From assembly GCA_964187785.1 (NCBI GenBank), contig OZ076409.1, positions 63,924,001-63,988,000 on the forward strand: a DNA stretch of 64,000 bases, given 5' to 3'. A program made the translations under genes and the position numbers. Shown one piece after another: positions 49,937-63,550 of this stretch. This DNA is from Amphiscolops sp. MND2022 (lineage: Eukaryota). The notes below the pieces were generated by a model. It had not been told where the DNA came from, did not search any database, and saw only the letters and a list, made by a program, of their open reading frames with translations. Each line of letters opens with the position of its first letter. Position 1 is the first letter of the stretch.

Positions 49937-50878
49937 ATGAGCTTACTTCCAAGTTTTCGATATGACAGAAAGCGTCGAGGGCAGTTGTCAAATTCTATAA
50001 GCCAGAAAACAATCAAGTATCAAGGATGCAATTCGTCAACACGCGACGACCAAATTACCAACTACGAATGCCATCCACATATTCGGGACTCGACATTTCA
50101 CGACTCTTCGTCTGTGCCTATAAGATGCATTCCCATGAGCCACGTTTGCAATGGCGTGCATGATTGCCCCAATGGTGACGATGAAGCAAGATGCAGTCGA
50201 CCTCTATCGCCCACCAATTCTTTGCCCAGTCACAGCAGCGTGCAGACAACCACAACCTATGCTTTAATGGCAACCTTGTGTTCTGTAATGCTAATGCTAA
50301 TTTTAGTAGCTTTCTTCGTGCACCGGTTTCGGAAATTGAGATGCGAAACAGCCTTTCGAAGCGTCAGTTTTGCACCTTTAATATATCGACCTGTTACCAC
50401 ATCCTTGACTTTTGGTTACAATAACGATAACAATGGCACCTCTTCGGCCTATCCAACAACCCGGGGTGGCACCAATCCCTCTAACTGCCATAGTTTAGCG
50501 TGCCAAAGACTTCCGCGAACACAGGGGACAGCGCCAACTAACGTGGCTCTTGACAGAGTTTTCCATCCTTTGTCATCATATTCTGCTAGATTTGCGGTGA
50601 ACTACAACGTGCACAGCAATTGTATCAGATTCGTGCAAACACAGCCTGGTTTTGACAACGACAGTACTTCCACCACAGGATTAGAAAATATATCGCCTCC
50701 AAGCTATTTAGAGACAGTCATGAACCCTAATTACGTCAGAAACAACCCTCTAAGTGTTGTCACTGAAACATCCGTTGCCGCCACTACTCATTCAAATTAC
50801 ATGAGACATACAACCACAAACCCATTAAGTGTTTCGGCTGAGCGTCGAACACCCCCGCCGCCATATTGTCCCGAGTGA
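49937..50878 (+). CDS. Single-pass membrane protein with one LDL-receptor class A module and two cytoplasmic PPxY motifs (LDLRAD3/LDLRAD4-like architecture)
   Basis: Intact 313-aa ORF; RCIPMSHVCNGVHDCPNGDDEARC; hydrophobic YALMATLCSVMLMLILVAFFV followed by HRFRK; PPSY and PPPY; AT-rich 3' UTR-like tract follows. Confidence 0.88.
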   Translation: MSLLPSFRYDRKRRGQLSNSISQKTIKYQGCNSSTRDDQITNYECHPHIRDSTFHDSSSVPIRCIPMSHVCNGVHDCPNGDDEARCSRPLSPTNSLPSHSSVQTTTTYALMATLCSVMLMLILVAFFVHRFRKLRCETAFRSVSFAPLIYRPVTTSLTFGYNNDNNGTSSAYPTTRGGTNPSNCHSLACQRLPRTQGTAPTNVALDRVFHPLSSYSARFAVNYNVHSNCIRFVQTQPGFDNDSTSTTGLENISPPSYLETVMNPNYVRNNPLSVVTETSVAATTHSNYMRHTTTNPLSVSAERRTPPPPYCPE

Positions 50879-52204
50879 CGTCATGTCGATCCGAATCTCC
50901 CGCTTTTGTGAATCGTACAAAAGTCACACGTTTAGTGCCAGCTTTTATACTGTTTTGTGTTAGAAGTAAAGTGGCTAGAAATATGTTCCTTGTTTTTCTA
51001 TTATTGTTATTGAACATTTGTATTTTTTAAACAGCTCAGCCAATTTTCTATTGAGTTTTCTATTGTTTTACAATTTTTTGTCAACATTAGCTTCAATAAT
51101 ATATTGAATATCTTTGTCGTATTTGTTTTGCAGATTTTATTGCATTAGTTACTTTTTTCTATTGAATAGTTCTATGATGAAAGTAAATTATTGTGAATAA
51201 CGTTTTATTGCCCATTCATACTAAACGTATTCAAAACTAGATTAGAGTATAAGACAGTCTTAGATCTCAGGGTTCAGTTACCTACTTTACATTACTTTTT
51301 ACAATACCATAGATAACGAGCTCAAATTAGGGTGACAAGGATGCGTTGTTTCATTGTCATAAGCTAGTGATGGTTCATCTGAAACCTGTTCAAACTAGTT
51401 CTTGGGGCTTTCCGTTAACTAAGTGTTTGCTATCAACTAAACATGGCCCTCAATGGTTTCAAAGATATATAGATGGATTCCGAACTCATGCGTCGGGAAA
51501 ACAAAATTAACAAGCAACTATTCTTAAGTAGGAATTTTCCAACTTCCAAAGAAAATCACCACTTGGACTAGTTTTCCCGTAGTTACAGTTGTGCAGAGCT
51601 CATGTTGAATAGATTTGGAGATGATTTTTTTGGTGTAGCATCCCACTAACCTAACCTCGAAGTCTTAGAATTTTCACAAGCCCTTTATGCGCTTTGATTG
51701 TGCAGTCGTAATTCAGTTTCAACTGCACACGCTGCTTCCAGCACTAGCCGCCGGCGTTTTTCCGGTCGAAGTGACCATTTCGTGCCGAAAGCAAAAATAT
51801 TTAAAAGCACGAATAATTCGAAATTTTTGAAATTTCACAGAAGGGTCCCCTTTCCTCTTTTGATGTTTTCAGCTTTAAAAATTACTTACAAGCCCAAAAG
51901 GTCCCCTTTGGGATTTCGGCACGGTGCTACTTCCCAGTTTCCATGGAAACAGCCATTCAGCATTTTTGAGTTTTTAAAGCCCAAATAGACTCCCTGTTAC
52001 TTTGAAAATATTAAAAGTATGCCCTCGAAGTAAAAACTGGACCTCGGGCTCAAGTGCCTGCGGAACGAGCTCACACTAACTTTGGCATCTTACGACCATT
52101 TTCTAACCTGGAATAAGGGTTGGGTTTTTTTTTGCAGAGACCTCAAAAAGCTGGTTTATGCAACTTGTAATGTTTGGAGCCGTTTAACAAAAGATTAAAA
52201 CTGA

Positions 52205-52407
52205 ACGCCTGGTCGCTGAGATGGTTAGGTACTTCTGTATACAGGCAGAAGTTCGAAACCTACCTATTACCTTGGCTCATTTACGTAATTTGAGAAAGGG
52301 GCCCAAAAACTATATGCATCAATAATCCAATTTTCAACAAAATTGTGGACATCAGCGGGATTCGTAACCACGACCTACGGCTTACAACAGCTCTACCACG
52401 AGACCAA
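52205..52407. repeat. Two convergent tRNA-derived (SINE-like) heads: ~52205-52270 (+) and ~52343-52407 (-)
   Basis: Degenerate Pol III A/B boxes: tcgctgagatgg..agttcgaaacct and tggtctcgtgg..ggttacgaatccc; no intact cloverleaf. Confidence 0.45.
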
Positions 52408-55400
52408 ATCAATCACCGCCGCTGTTTTTCTTTGTTCATATTCGCGCCTGTCTTCAAAGGAAAAAAGAAATAACTTGATAATATTCGCAGTGAGAAAATA
52501 CTTTGATCCATACATTAGTAAATTTATAAATCCTGTGGTCACCTAGTATGGCGAATTTATTCTATCTTCTGAAGTAACGCGACCAAATGTCGATTGTTTG
52601 ATCCAAATAAGCTTGATTGATGCCGTAAATGATTTGTCTCGATCCCGTTTATTTTGATTGAACTGCAACCTAAATTGAAAGGAGCCCGAGCCTCAACTCA
52701 AGTTGTCAAGCGGTATTAAACAAAAGCCAGGATTTCTGCAAAGACTTTGAAATTTTCCCTCTTTATAGCACATAGTCTTGAGAATTTCTCGTCTCCTTTT
52801 TCATTTCCCATTAAACTGTCAAATGTGGGTAATTTCACTTCTGCAATGGACTCCGTTTAAAGGTACAGTTGGTTCGTCTACAGTACAAGATGTCCGGGCA
52901 ATTAGATGTTTATGGTTTCTTATGTTGGATTACAGCTAAAATAATTAAAATACTCTTTCAGAAAGCCCACATTAATGTCAGAATCAGTATTTTGGTAATT
53001 GCGAGAATTGAAAACCATGTTTTCTTTAAAAAAAATAGCCCTAAATAGACAACACTGTCAATACACCGAGATAAAATCTTTGATCTTATACACTGTCAAT
53101 ACACTGACATTTGATCTCACTGTCGAAAATGTCAGCGCATTTTTTGATATTTTTAAAAGTAGCTCTCATTGGAAATTAAAATGATTTTCTTCGAATTTTC
53201 TGGATTTTTAAAGAGTCGCAAGCCAATTTTGTTAACCACCCGTACCAGAAGGCGTCAGTGTCAGTGAAAAACTGTGTATACTTTAACTCTAATTTCTAAA
53301 TTTTCACCTCAGCAGATTTTCTTACAATCCTAATTTCAAAAACTAACAACCAGAGCTGGAGAATTGAAAAAAAGTTTGAAACGTTCAAATGTTGTTTTCC
53401 CGGAATATATACAACTGAGGCGTAATAACAGGAACAAACTGAGGACCGGAAGAGAGCGTTCTTAGACGGAATGACAGCCGGGACGTTTCTATTGTTGCCA
53501 GGGGGAGTGTCGCAGGCCGCCGCCTGCGACGGAAATTACTATTCCATCAGCTATGTCCATCACCAATCTCTCCCTGGTACTCTCCATTTGATCTAAAGGA
53601 GAGCCAACGAGGACGTTGGCAACAAACTGTAAATTAGTGCTCTATTTTTATGCTTGTTAGTTTATTAAATTATTCAGTAATATTGGTCTGATAACCGGAC
53701 ATGAGGGTATATTTACCCGTGTTTCAGTGCGAATTTGACTTGTATTTAGTTGATGTATTGTTTATCTATTACACGTTACACTTAAATTAGTAATATGCTG
53801 TTAGTAATTGGACACCAAGGCGTACAGGTAGAGGAAACGTGTTCAAATGTTTCCTCTCCTGTCGCCAAGGACACGCAATCCGCATTAACTTTCAACCAAT
53901 CATCTTGCAGTGTTTATCTGAGTGCTTTGATAAGGTGCTTTCAAGTAATGGACACGGTGGCCATATGCCGCTAGCTTGCCAATACTAGTGCGTTAATCAA
54001 AGCAATAGGACACTGAGTCCAAATTAGGTTATAGAATATTAGTTGCAGTAATAACCTTGGTTCGAAGAACAGTTCATTGTATACTTATGTTCTGTCAAAT
54101 ACAGGTGTTTCTATTAGTCGCCCCAACCCCCGCCCTCAACGCCACAATGACCATAGTTCAACGCTTTTGCCTAAATGTAGGCATGTAACTATCTAAGCAT
54201 GAAATTGTTGTGTGTTCGTTATATGTAATATTACAGTCATGTCTAGAAAGGTTTAGTTGTCCCTTGGGGACGATTGCTGTGTTTTATAAAGATGGCGGTA
54301 TAACAACTTTGATGTGGCCTAAAGGTCATAGCGTCAGTGCATCTATAAATAGTTGGTGCTATTTTTAGAATAGTTATCAGCTATTTTTAGATCATGATGG
54401 TAACAATTTTGCGTGTCATGCAATTTTTGATATATAAACACCCAGGACCTGAGGTCCGGGAAAACAAAAATTTTACCACTCTCTGATACAGTTGTGTTAA
54501 GTAAAACAAACGTTGTTTACAAGATAAAGGATTATAATTAATTCTTCCCTTGTACGAGTCCCTTGTAAGAGCCCTCAACTAGAAGACAAAAAGCAAAAAC
54601 TACAAAGAAATGGACATGATGTGCGATTTTGATAATATGGACGTGATGATAGGGAATGAGGATATTAATCCCATTGAGAGAGAATTATCAAATGCAATTG
54701 AGGAGTTATCGGTACTTGGGGACATTGAGTCCAATACTTACCCAAGAAGCGAATTTAGAGGACTTAATTGTGAAAATGTTGAACATAGGCCAAATGAAAC
54801 AAGAAACTACATGGAAACTTTCTCAAATGAATTCAACCTTAGGTTGTCCAGGAAATGGATTCCATGATGGCTATGATGCGTTCGCAAATCAACAGAGCTA
54901 TAAGCTCAGCTATCTCTGACAGATTAATTCAAGAAATAAAGAACATCACTCGTCGGTAAATGGGGACACTGAGGCTAGTTCGTCCCCTAATAGTCAGGAG
55001 AATAGAAAAACAACCACGGGTTGAGAACGAAAATTACAAAGAAGGATTCTCCGGTCCACTGGTGATCTGAGAGACTCGGAGAATCTAGGTCCTTTCATGG
55101 TGACAGGAGCTACCGACACCCAACGGCAAATTCCTGAGTTCTTCACTGGACGAATCCACTCACACCCGAATCTTGAGAGACAGGAATCGACCACAATAAC
55201 GCTCCGGGCACTACTCTGCCAGCCTCAGAGCCTGAGGTGCATGAAACACCCCAGGACCCATTAAACAGATTGGCTGATGTTCTGGTCAATCTCCAGAACA
55301 AACCACAGTCAATGACGATCAGACCAGTTACAACCACCCCCATGACATTTGACGTCAAGAGCGAAAACTTCGAGCTCTTTGAGGACTTGTTCCATACAAT

Positions 55401-55971
55401 GATCAAAATGCAACCCTTGATGAGCGAGGAAAAGAGACTTAACCATTTTCATTCTTTGCTGCGAAAGGGGGCGCTGCAGACATTTAGATACACAAACACC
55501 ATCAACCGTCAAACACTTGAAGACGTGCTAGTCATATTCCGGCGAAAATATGTGAAACCAGAATCCCAAGCGACGGCAAATTATAAATGGTATAGGCTCA
55601 TTTTCGACCCCAATACCATGAAATTGCATGACTTCTTAGAAGAACTGAACCAAGGCGCCGAGAAAGCCTTTGGTGAAAACGCAAAAAGCATGATTGACAA
55701 CCTGCTGTTCGCCAAACTTCCACCAAAGCTGACACGATCTGTCAACATGGCCTGTTTGGAGAATGGGACATGTGAAGAGAGTGTAGCTCATCTTGAACGA
55801 GAGCTCGAACTTAATGCATTGGAGGAATCAGACGACCTACCAAATGCCACTATGGCAGACCTCAGGATAATACGGCTTCTAGCGCCTCAATCCATAATAA
55901 AAGAGGTCCCTGCTCCTTCATTTGAAATAATGGTCGCAAATGGAGACTTAGAAACCCCATAAACACCGTTG

Positions 55972-56171
55972 NNNNNNNNNNNNNNNNNNNNNNNNNNNNN
56001 NNNNNNNNNNNNNNNNNNNNNNNNNNNNNNNNNNNNNNNNNNNNNNNNNNNNNNNNNNNNNNNNNNNNNNNNNNNNNNNNNNNNNNNNNNNNNNNNNNNN
56101 NNNNNNNNNNNNNNNNNNNNNNNNNNNNNNNNNNNNNNNNNNNNNNNNNNNNNNNNNNNNNNNNNNNNNNN
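55972..56171. other. Assembly gap (200 N) with duplicated flanks
   Basis: 55825-55971 is repeated almost exactly at 56172-56318. Confidence 1.
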
Positions 56172-56390
56172 GAATCAGACGACCTACCAAATGCCACTAT
56201 GGCAGACCTCAGGATAATACGCCTTCTAGCGCCTCAATCCATAATAAAAGAGGTCCCTGCTCCTTCATTTGAAAAAATGGTCGCAAATGGAGACTTAGAA
56301 ACCCCATAAGCACCGTTGAGTTAAAATTCGAAGTGGGGAGACGTCGAATTCCATGAAATATTTATATTAATGGAGAAACTGTCTAGCCCC

Positions 56391-56640
56391 GTAATTGGCC
56401 TTATGTTCCTGCAAAAAAACCACACAGTCCTGGACATCCGCCAAGGCATCCTCAACTTCCCCTATGTCTCTATGCAACTGAAATATATATATAAGGCCGT
56501 AATTAGCCTTATGTTCCTGCAAAAGAACCACACAGTCCTGGACATCCGCCAAGGCATCCTCAACTTCCCCTATGTTTCTATGCAACTGAAATATATATAA
56601 AAGGCCGTAATTGGCCTTATGTTCCTGCAAAAGAACCTTG
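56391..56640. repeat. 108-bp tandem repeat x ~2.3 of protease-coding sequence
   Basis: gtaatt[g/a]gccttatgttcctgc starts at 56391, 56499, 56607. Confidence 0.9.
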
Positions 56641-57967
56641 TATATATATTTATACCAAGATGGCAAGAGTTTACGGACATCACTTTAGATGGAAGTCAGG
56701 GTACTCGATTTGGCGTTGACAAGGCGCTGCGAAGATATTGTCTTTCGTATTTCGTCAATTGGATTAATACTTGTTGTTTATGTAAGAAAGTTGAAAAATA
56801 TATTTTCAGAGAAAAAACTTTTCTTTGATAGAAAACACTTTTTCGTCAACCCTGCTAACAACTGTAAATGACCAAAATAGGAGAATATTCTCATGAAATT
56901 TTTGTTCCGATAATTTTCAAAAATTTCCGGAAGACACCCTGATACTCTTTCTGCAATTTTCCAATGAAGGCAACAATTATCATGCTTTTGAAAAATGCGG
57001 ACATTTATGTGCCCGTTTTTGTCCAACGCATGAAACGTCATCATGCTTTAAAATTCTGAAAATGAGCGTCTTTAGCTTCTCAGCATGCTACTTCGCATCA
57101 TCGTGATGTTGACAAATATTTTTAAATTGTAACTGATGATAATAGCGCAGAGATCACAGCTATGCGCTTCAGTATTGTAACAAGGAGTTTTGATGGGTTT
57201 TGGAACATTTATTTGGGTAAAACGGGAAGCACGGTAATCGAAGAAAGTACTAAATTTCGATATATCAACTAATGAGAAAAGGGCGTAAGATTTTTACTCC
57301 CATTTTGTCAAGTTGGGAATCTTCTCTTGGAAACTGAAAGACTTCATTGATTGACACAGATCGCCCTTCACTCAGAACGGGAGAAACAGCAGACAAATCG
57401 AAAAAAAGATGCATCGTTATTTATTCAACATTTCTGTGTGAACTAAAGAACGCCTCTGGAAGCCCAAATGTTTTTGGCGCAAAAGAAAAATTCAAGGTTT
57501 TCATAAAAACAGCTGCTTAGAATGTTGAACCACTGCGATTTTTGATCATCAGGCGTAGCGTCGACTTGATTGTTTCACGGTGTAAACCGAAACCGATTCA
57601 ATTGGAAAGCGTCACTAAACAAAACCGAACAAGTTGTTTTTTTATTATTGTTCACCAAACGACAGCTTTGTTGAAATTAGACTGCTCTGAAATCTCTTTC
57701 AACTATAGTCTTCATTGAGCTTACGTAGAATAGATCTTTCTAGAAGCAACCTAAATTTATTTTCAAGTCAAAAAAGAACAGGACGCAGTCAGGCAATATT
57801 ATCTCTGTTACCTGACAAAACTGTACTTTATTGAAACAGACAAAAGTAGGACAAAAATAATTTGTAATTGAACAAAAAAATTGGAGAACCAATTTCAAAG
57901 CAAAAGCCTGTGACAATAAACGGATAAATACACCGTTACAATGGCTAGAGAGATTTTGACAACAGGT

Positions 57968-58423
57968 AACAAGCAGGAACGGCGTAAGTCGGCTCTATAC
58001 CTAAGGCTCAAAAATAGCGCAAGGACTTCAAAGTGTCAACTATTCTCTTCTACAGACCCCGAAAACCCAAACTTTCCGGCGCGCTAAAAAGGGGACCATT
58101 TGGGATTTTTTAACATCCATTCTGTAGGAAAATATCAAACATTGAAGGGGGACTCTGTGGAGACACTAAAAACTTTCAGGAAAAAAGTCATACGAAGCCA
58201 AGCAAACTGAAAGGGACACCCTTTAATCTCGTCCGGTTTTGTATGTTCCTCTCAAAAAGGAACAACTATTATAGTTCAGTTCCCTGGACCAAAGGAAACA
58301 ATTTGGCCCATTGAAAAGTTTGTAGAACTATTCTGGTCAGTTCGTGTGGATTGAAAAAAGAGTCACTATTACAGTCGCTATAGAGTCACTTATAGTTTCA
58401 CTTCATGAAGCGCCGACTAAAAA
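57968..58423 (-). mobile_element. Helentron-associated (HINE/DINE-1-like) non-autonomous element
   Basis: Read on minus: T-run + agtcggcgc subTIR at the 5' end, complementary subTIR, small stem-loop and cttgtt at the 3' end; homologous to 62319-62679. Confidence 0.7.
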
Positions 58424-60647
58424 GAAGTTACGAAAATGATATCGCAGAATTCATCAAGGTCTACGAAATGACGCAAAAGCTTGACCAAAAAAGTGAGACA
58501 TTCAAGAAAACTTGATATGAGGGAAGTGTCTGAATACCCTATATCAACATACACCGGCACAATACAAAACAGAATCGGACAAAATTGCCACGAAAGACTT
58601 GATCCGACTGATCCATAGATAGTTTCGCTCGACAAAATTATATCGCCTGGCAGAGATTTAAAGAAGAAGAAAAATGAAACTTAGAAAATACTACAGCCTA
58701 AATAATACTGGTCCAAAATTCATTACCGTAATTACAGACAAGAGACTCAGAGACAAAATGATAAAAGAAACGAAACCGGAAATGAAAAATACAATTGAAA
58801 TAGGAGGAAGATGAGGAAGAGGAAGAGGCGTAGGATCGCAGCAAAGCGCTCGTATTTGTCTCAGCACGCTATATCTGAACTTATGAAGCGTTTTCTGAGC
58901 ATGAGAGGCAATTTTGGGTGTTTCGAAACTGTTTTCTCAGTTATTATGAAAAAAAGTCCCGGGTATATTTTAAAATTCTTGCTCTTTTTGAGCCTTAGTT
59001 ATAGCGCTGACTTTAGAGATCCAGTCTTGTACTTTTTTCAGCACTTTTTCTTTGTTTCTCTCTTCGGGAAAATAAACTGAGACGCTCAATTTCCATGCCC
59101 TGGAGTATAGGTTTTTCTCCTCGCATGCGTTCTCAATGAATGTAAATCTTCTCGTCTGTTTAGAGTCTAAATTAGGCTGTAAATTTGCGCTGATTATTGC
59201 CTTTTGTCTTAAAAACAAATTGGAGTGTGATTTTCTCATTCTTCCAGAGAATAAGCAAAGCAGCGCATAAGACCCCTCCATCGTAAAATGTCTCCATTCG
59301 GATTAGACTTGATCGATCTCAAATGAAGGTTATTGCTAACTTCATTTGGTTCGAACTGTAGTGAAGAAGGGAATTCAAGATTATAATGAGCTAATCTTTA
59401 GATATTTTTTGTCTTTGAGAATAACTACTTAAATTAGGATAAAAAAGAAACTTAGATTACAAATCCTAAAAGACTCAGGAAAGAATTGTCTAAAGGAAAG
59501 AATTTTATACTTTTTCGAAGCTTCCAATTTGTGCTCTGGGAAAATTTGAAACGAGTTCATTAATCTTGGAATTAAAGGTTTTGTTTGGATCGTTAGCTTG
59601 CTTGTGTGGGCGGACCCTTTCTGGGATAAAAAATAAATCGAGTGATAGAACAATCGCAAATGAGGTTGCACCATAACCCTGGTTAATCGCCCATAATACC
59701 TAAATCGCGGATTGAACCCGTTTTTCAACACACTTCCTCCCTATTTCTTCACCCAGCCTTGGGTTTTATTACCATCGTAGGTGGTTCCAAAAGCGTGACT
59801 ACTTTGTGCAACATATTTCAATATTTTATGGATTTTGTGTCGACTTAAAAAGTGGCATAGAGTCTACAAAACGTTTGATGTATCAAGTAAAAAGGCGTAT
59901 GTGTTTTGCAGTATTGTTCAGTGATTTATAGAATTTTCGGAGTCTCTGCTTCTTTTTGCTCGCATGGTGATCACAGATAACCCACTGGTGCGTTGCCCCT
60001 GAGGTAGTAGACTAGCACTGGAGCGAAACTGATAAATCTTTTTCCCTTTTTCTCCTCCTTTTCTTCTCATGTTTTCTCCAACCCCCCCCCCCTCCTTTAC
60101 TGGCACAATGTGGCATGCCATATCTCTCCCTTGCCTTGCAGGGAGGGGGTCAAGATACAACCCAGGCAGATGTGGCAGAGCATAGAGTGTTGTGTTAGGG
60201 GATAGACTGAGCGACTGAAGTTAATGAAAAAGAAGTAATCCATCAGCTACGAGTGCTAAATACTACATCATCCTTTTCCCCCGAAAAAGATCTTTTTTGA
60301 TTCCCTTCTACACTCAAGGGACCAGGTACTGCTTCTTTTCCTTTTATTGCTTCCAACTCCTCAGCTACTACTACTACTACTTGCCAACAACTTTCAGCTG
60401 AACAGGAGAAAAGAACAGCTCTGAACAAATTGTGAACAATTTTCAACAACCAGTCGCCACAAATCTTCAGTCAGTCATTCACTCTGTCACCCAACGCAGC
60501 CCTTGCTTTCACAGCTCAAAGCGCAGAATCTTTCAGCGCCCACTAATTCGATTTGTGCCATTCATAAAAGCCATTTTCTGTGCAAAGGGAGACAGATTTT
60601 TCCTCTGTTGTCTAAATAAATTTCAGCTACCTGTGAATCATCTAAAA

Positions 60648-61797
60648 ATGTCGCAACCTCAGATTTCCAAGAAGTTTTCCCTAGCTTTGCTTCTGGTTAT
60701 CCTAGCCCTCTCTTCCTTGACCTTCAGCAGCGCCATGGACACACATACCAGCCTCCGATCTAAACTCCTCGAGCCTGCAGGTAATTAACTATCAATTATA
60801 GTTTCAGCTACTTAGCCTAAACAAACACGCATGATTATTAGATGCCATTTTCTGATTTTTTTTCTGAATTCTTAAAATCCATGATTGAAACAATATAATT
60901 GGGAACCAAAGTACTTGCGTTAAAAAATAACCTAATTTCCGAAAATGCCCAATTTTTAACTTTTGAGTATGTAGCCCGTACTGAGACTCCATTCAATCCC
61001 ATCGATGGTCCATCGCAACTTTTTCCGCAATCAAGCTTCCATTGCTGAGAAAACCATCTGCTTGTAAGAAGAAAAATATCTGAAATATGCAGAAATTTGA
61101 CTCTGGAAATACGTTTTTGTATCAAAAAAATTGGGGTTTTTTCCTTGGAAAATCAACAGAATCCGGTTTTTCACAAAGGTAAATAATATGGATAACTATG
61201 TATAACTTCATTTCCGAATAAAATATTTGGGCACCCTCGAAATCCCAAACAAAGTTTAAATAGACTGAATGAAAAACTTAAATGGCCAGAGTTTTGTTGA
61301 AATTTTGAACATGGCCAAGTCGAACGAATTTTTGTGATAGAAAATTTCGATTCCCATCGATGGGATCATCGTTAGAAAAACCTCATCGATGCCCATCGAT
61401 GGACCATTGATGGCCATAGATGTGCCCCATGGGACTGCGATGGCCATCGATGAACTGCGATGGCCATCGATGAACTGCGATGGGATCTCAGTACGGGAGA
61501 GGACTCAGACTGCTTATATTAATTAGTCTACGTTTACAGTTTATGTATTATTGTTCTTTTTATTAAATACCTGCCAATTGAGCGCAGAAGAAGCACTGCT
61601 CAGTAAAAGATACAACAAGATAGAGTACAGTTGAGTTTCGATAATCTTGTGTCTTTCATACATAATCTAGAATACAACAGAGTATTTAATAAAAAATTTC
61701 ATTTTTTTCACGTTTAGATTTTGTCTTTTATCTGCAGCATTTAAGTGCGAAAAGTTTCGGGAAACTTCCTTCCATTTTAGTTTAATTTCAATTACAA
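60648..61797 (+). CDS. Secreted/membrane protein, signal-peptide exon 60648-60780 and candidate next exon 61738-61797
   Basis: MSQPQISKKFSLALLLVILALSSLTFSSA signal peptide; aaaaATG context; donor cag|gtaatt (phase 1); candidate 60-nt exon tctgcag|..|gtgagt keeps frame (AFKCEKFRETSFHFSLISIT). Confidence 0.6.
60975..61497. mobile_element. CACTA/EnSpm-like MITE in intron
   Basis: TIR cccgtactgaga / tctcagtacggg, 2-bp TSD ag, subterminal ccatcgatg repeats including a 20-bp tandem at ~61435-61484. Confidence 0.8.
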
Positions 61798-62318
61798 GTG
61801 AGTTTATGGAAAACTTGATTAGTTATCTGCGGTGTTTAAATTATTTACACATAAAAATGTTCTCATGAAAAAGTTTATCAATTCTGAAAATATTACTGTC
61901 ATCTCCGGTTGATTGGTATTCCGATGATTGATATCTTCCCTTAATTCGTATGTATCTGACAAACAATTTCACGACAACCAAAGTAATACCATCCGGATAA
62001 TTCGTATTACTCAATATTTCTACTATTTTATTAGGTCCCTAGCGATACGAATTATACTATTAATTAATTCAACTTTATTTTGATTTCTTCAATAATTTTG
62101 CTTCGACATGAAAAATTCCTAAAACTGACAAAAGCAGCTGAAATTTCAGGACGCTAATTCCAAAAACTACTCGCGCGGAGGTAGTGCCATTTGGAATTCG
62201 ATTACATGGATTCGTTACATGAAATCAAACATGAATCCATACGAGTATATTATGTCGTTTCCATACCTTAATAATGTTTGTTGTGAATATAGCCCAATGA
62301 GAACCATAATTATTGATG

Positions 62319-62679
62319 TTTTTAGTCGGCGCTTTTCGTAGAAAACGCAGACTATAGCAGTGACTTTTCTTTTCTTTTAAGACCAACGAAGTGACAGATT
62401 TTATAAGTTTTATAAGCTGACTTGCATTAACACTAACTGCCACACTACTTCTACTGGCACTTGAGGTAGAGGTTAATTAGGCTTTTTTGAGGTCCCCTTT
62501 TTACATTTTTCGGCACTACCGGAGACCAAAAAAATGGAAAAAAATCGAAAAAGTTTCGGATTTTTTTAAAATTTTCTCCTCATGCGGGTACTGCAGAAGA
62601 GAATACTTGACACTTTGAAGTCCTTTTGCTATTTTTGAGCCTTAGATATGGCGCCGACTTGGGCCGTTCCCGGTTTGTT
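62319..62679 (+). mobile_element. Helentron-associated (HINE/DINE-1-like) non-autonomous element; partial copies at ~58975-59035 and ~63746-63810
   Basis: ttttt-agtcggcgc ... gcgccgact-tgggccgttcccggtttgtt: subTIR pair, 3' stem-loop, T-rich ends, no TSD. Confidence 0.75.
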
Positions 62680-63550
62680 GATAAAACAGTTGTAGCTTTT
62701 GACTGCGTCACAATGATTTCTAAGTTTGAATTGCATGTTTCCATTGATCACCTAAAAACCATAATTTTTCGTTGGAACTGGAACTGAGTGGAGATCTCCT
62801 AAAGTCGGATCCACGTGAAACTGGCCAGTACGTGAAGTGAAACTGATGAGAACGAGTTTTTTGCGGCACCTGTTTGCTGTAAGAAGCATGGTAGAAAATC
62901 AGACCATTGATTGACGCGTCTTAATCAGAAGAGATTTGTCAAGACTGTAATTCTGAAAACTTTTTTAAATTTCACCTGCTTTTTTTTCTCATAAGATTAC
63001 GATTAGATTCGTCCGACTTATGTCTAAAATGTTGATAAGTCGCCACTATGAGTTCTTAAGCAAGCTTTTTGCTAATTAACATTTTGGTAAATTTTAATTC
63101 GGGAAGCGATTTTTGATTTCACTTTTATTCCTAGAAGTTAAACCTCACTCATTCAGAAAATCATGAACAGTCAAAAGCTATTTTTGGTTAAATCGTGTCT
63201 TGTCCGTTTACTTACTCGTTTAGAAAGTAAATTTCCAATAAATTGAAAGTGAGGCAAGATTTTTGTATTATGTGCTTTACCAGCTTCGAAGTCCAGCCCA
63301 CTCATATTTGGAGGGAGAGATTTGTTTGACGTATCCGAATTGTGACGTAATATCCCTTGGCAATAAAATTTCATCTCAAAACTCCCCAATTTTTTTTTAA
63401 TTGACGCGTGTCTCATCAGCCTCAAATCTTTTAAGACCAATTAAATTGATTTGTTTTCTGATCAAACTGTCAATCTGTTCCAGCTCTGAAAAGTTCTCCC
63501 TTTCTTTTGAAGCCATATTGCAACCAATTTATACAAACTGGGGATTGAAA

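Larger units (their letters stand above)
53390..56640 (+). mobile_element. LTR retrotransposon relic (Gypsy-like): putative long LTR from 53390, upstream ORF, gag (55237-55860), protease fragment
   Basis: Gag capsid-like TFDVKSENFELFEDLF...NHFHSLLRKGALQTF...FRRKY; protease-like IMVANG and VIGLMFLQKN..LD; LTR limits uncertain. Confidence 0.7.

Noticed and set aside
55825..56318. 147-bp duplication on both sides of the gap
   Set aside because: Typical unmerged contig overlap; likely an assembly artefact.
56690..59430. Short ORFs 56778-57044, 58417-58635, 58811-59080, 58970-59281
   Set aside because: No recognisable motifs or consistent splice structure; partly overlap repeats.
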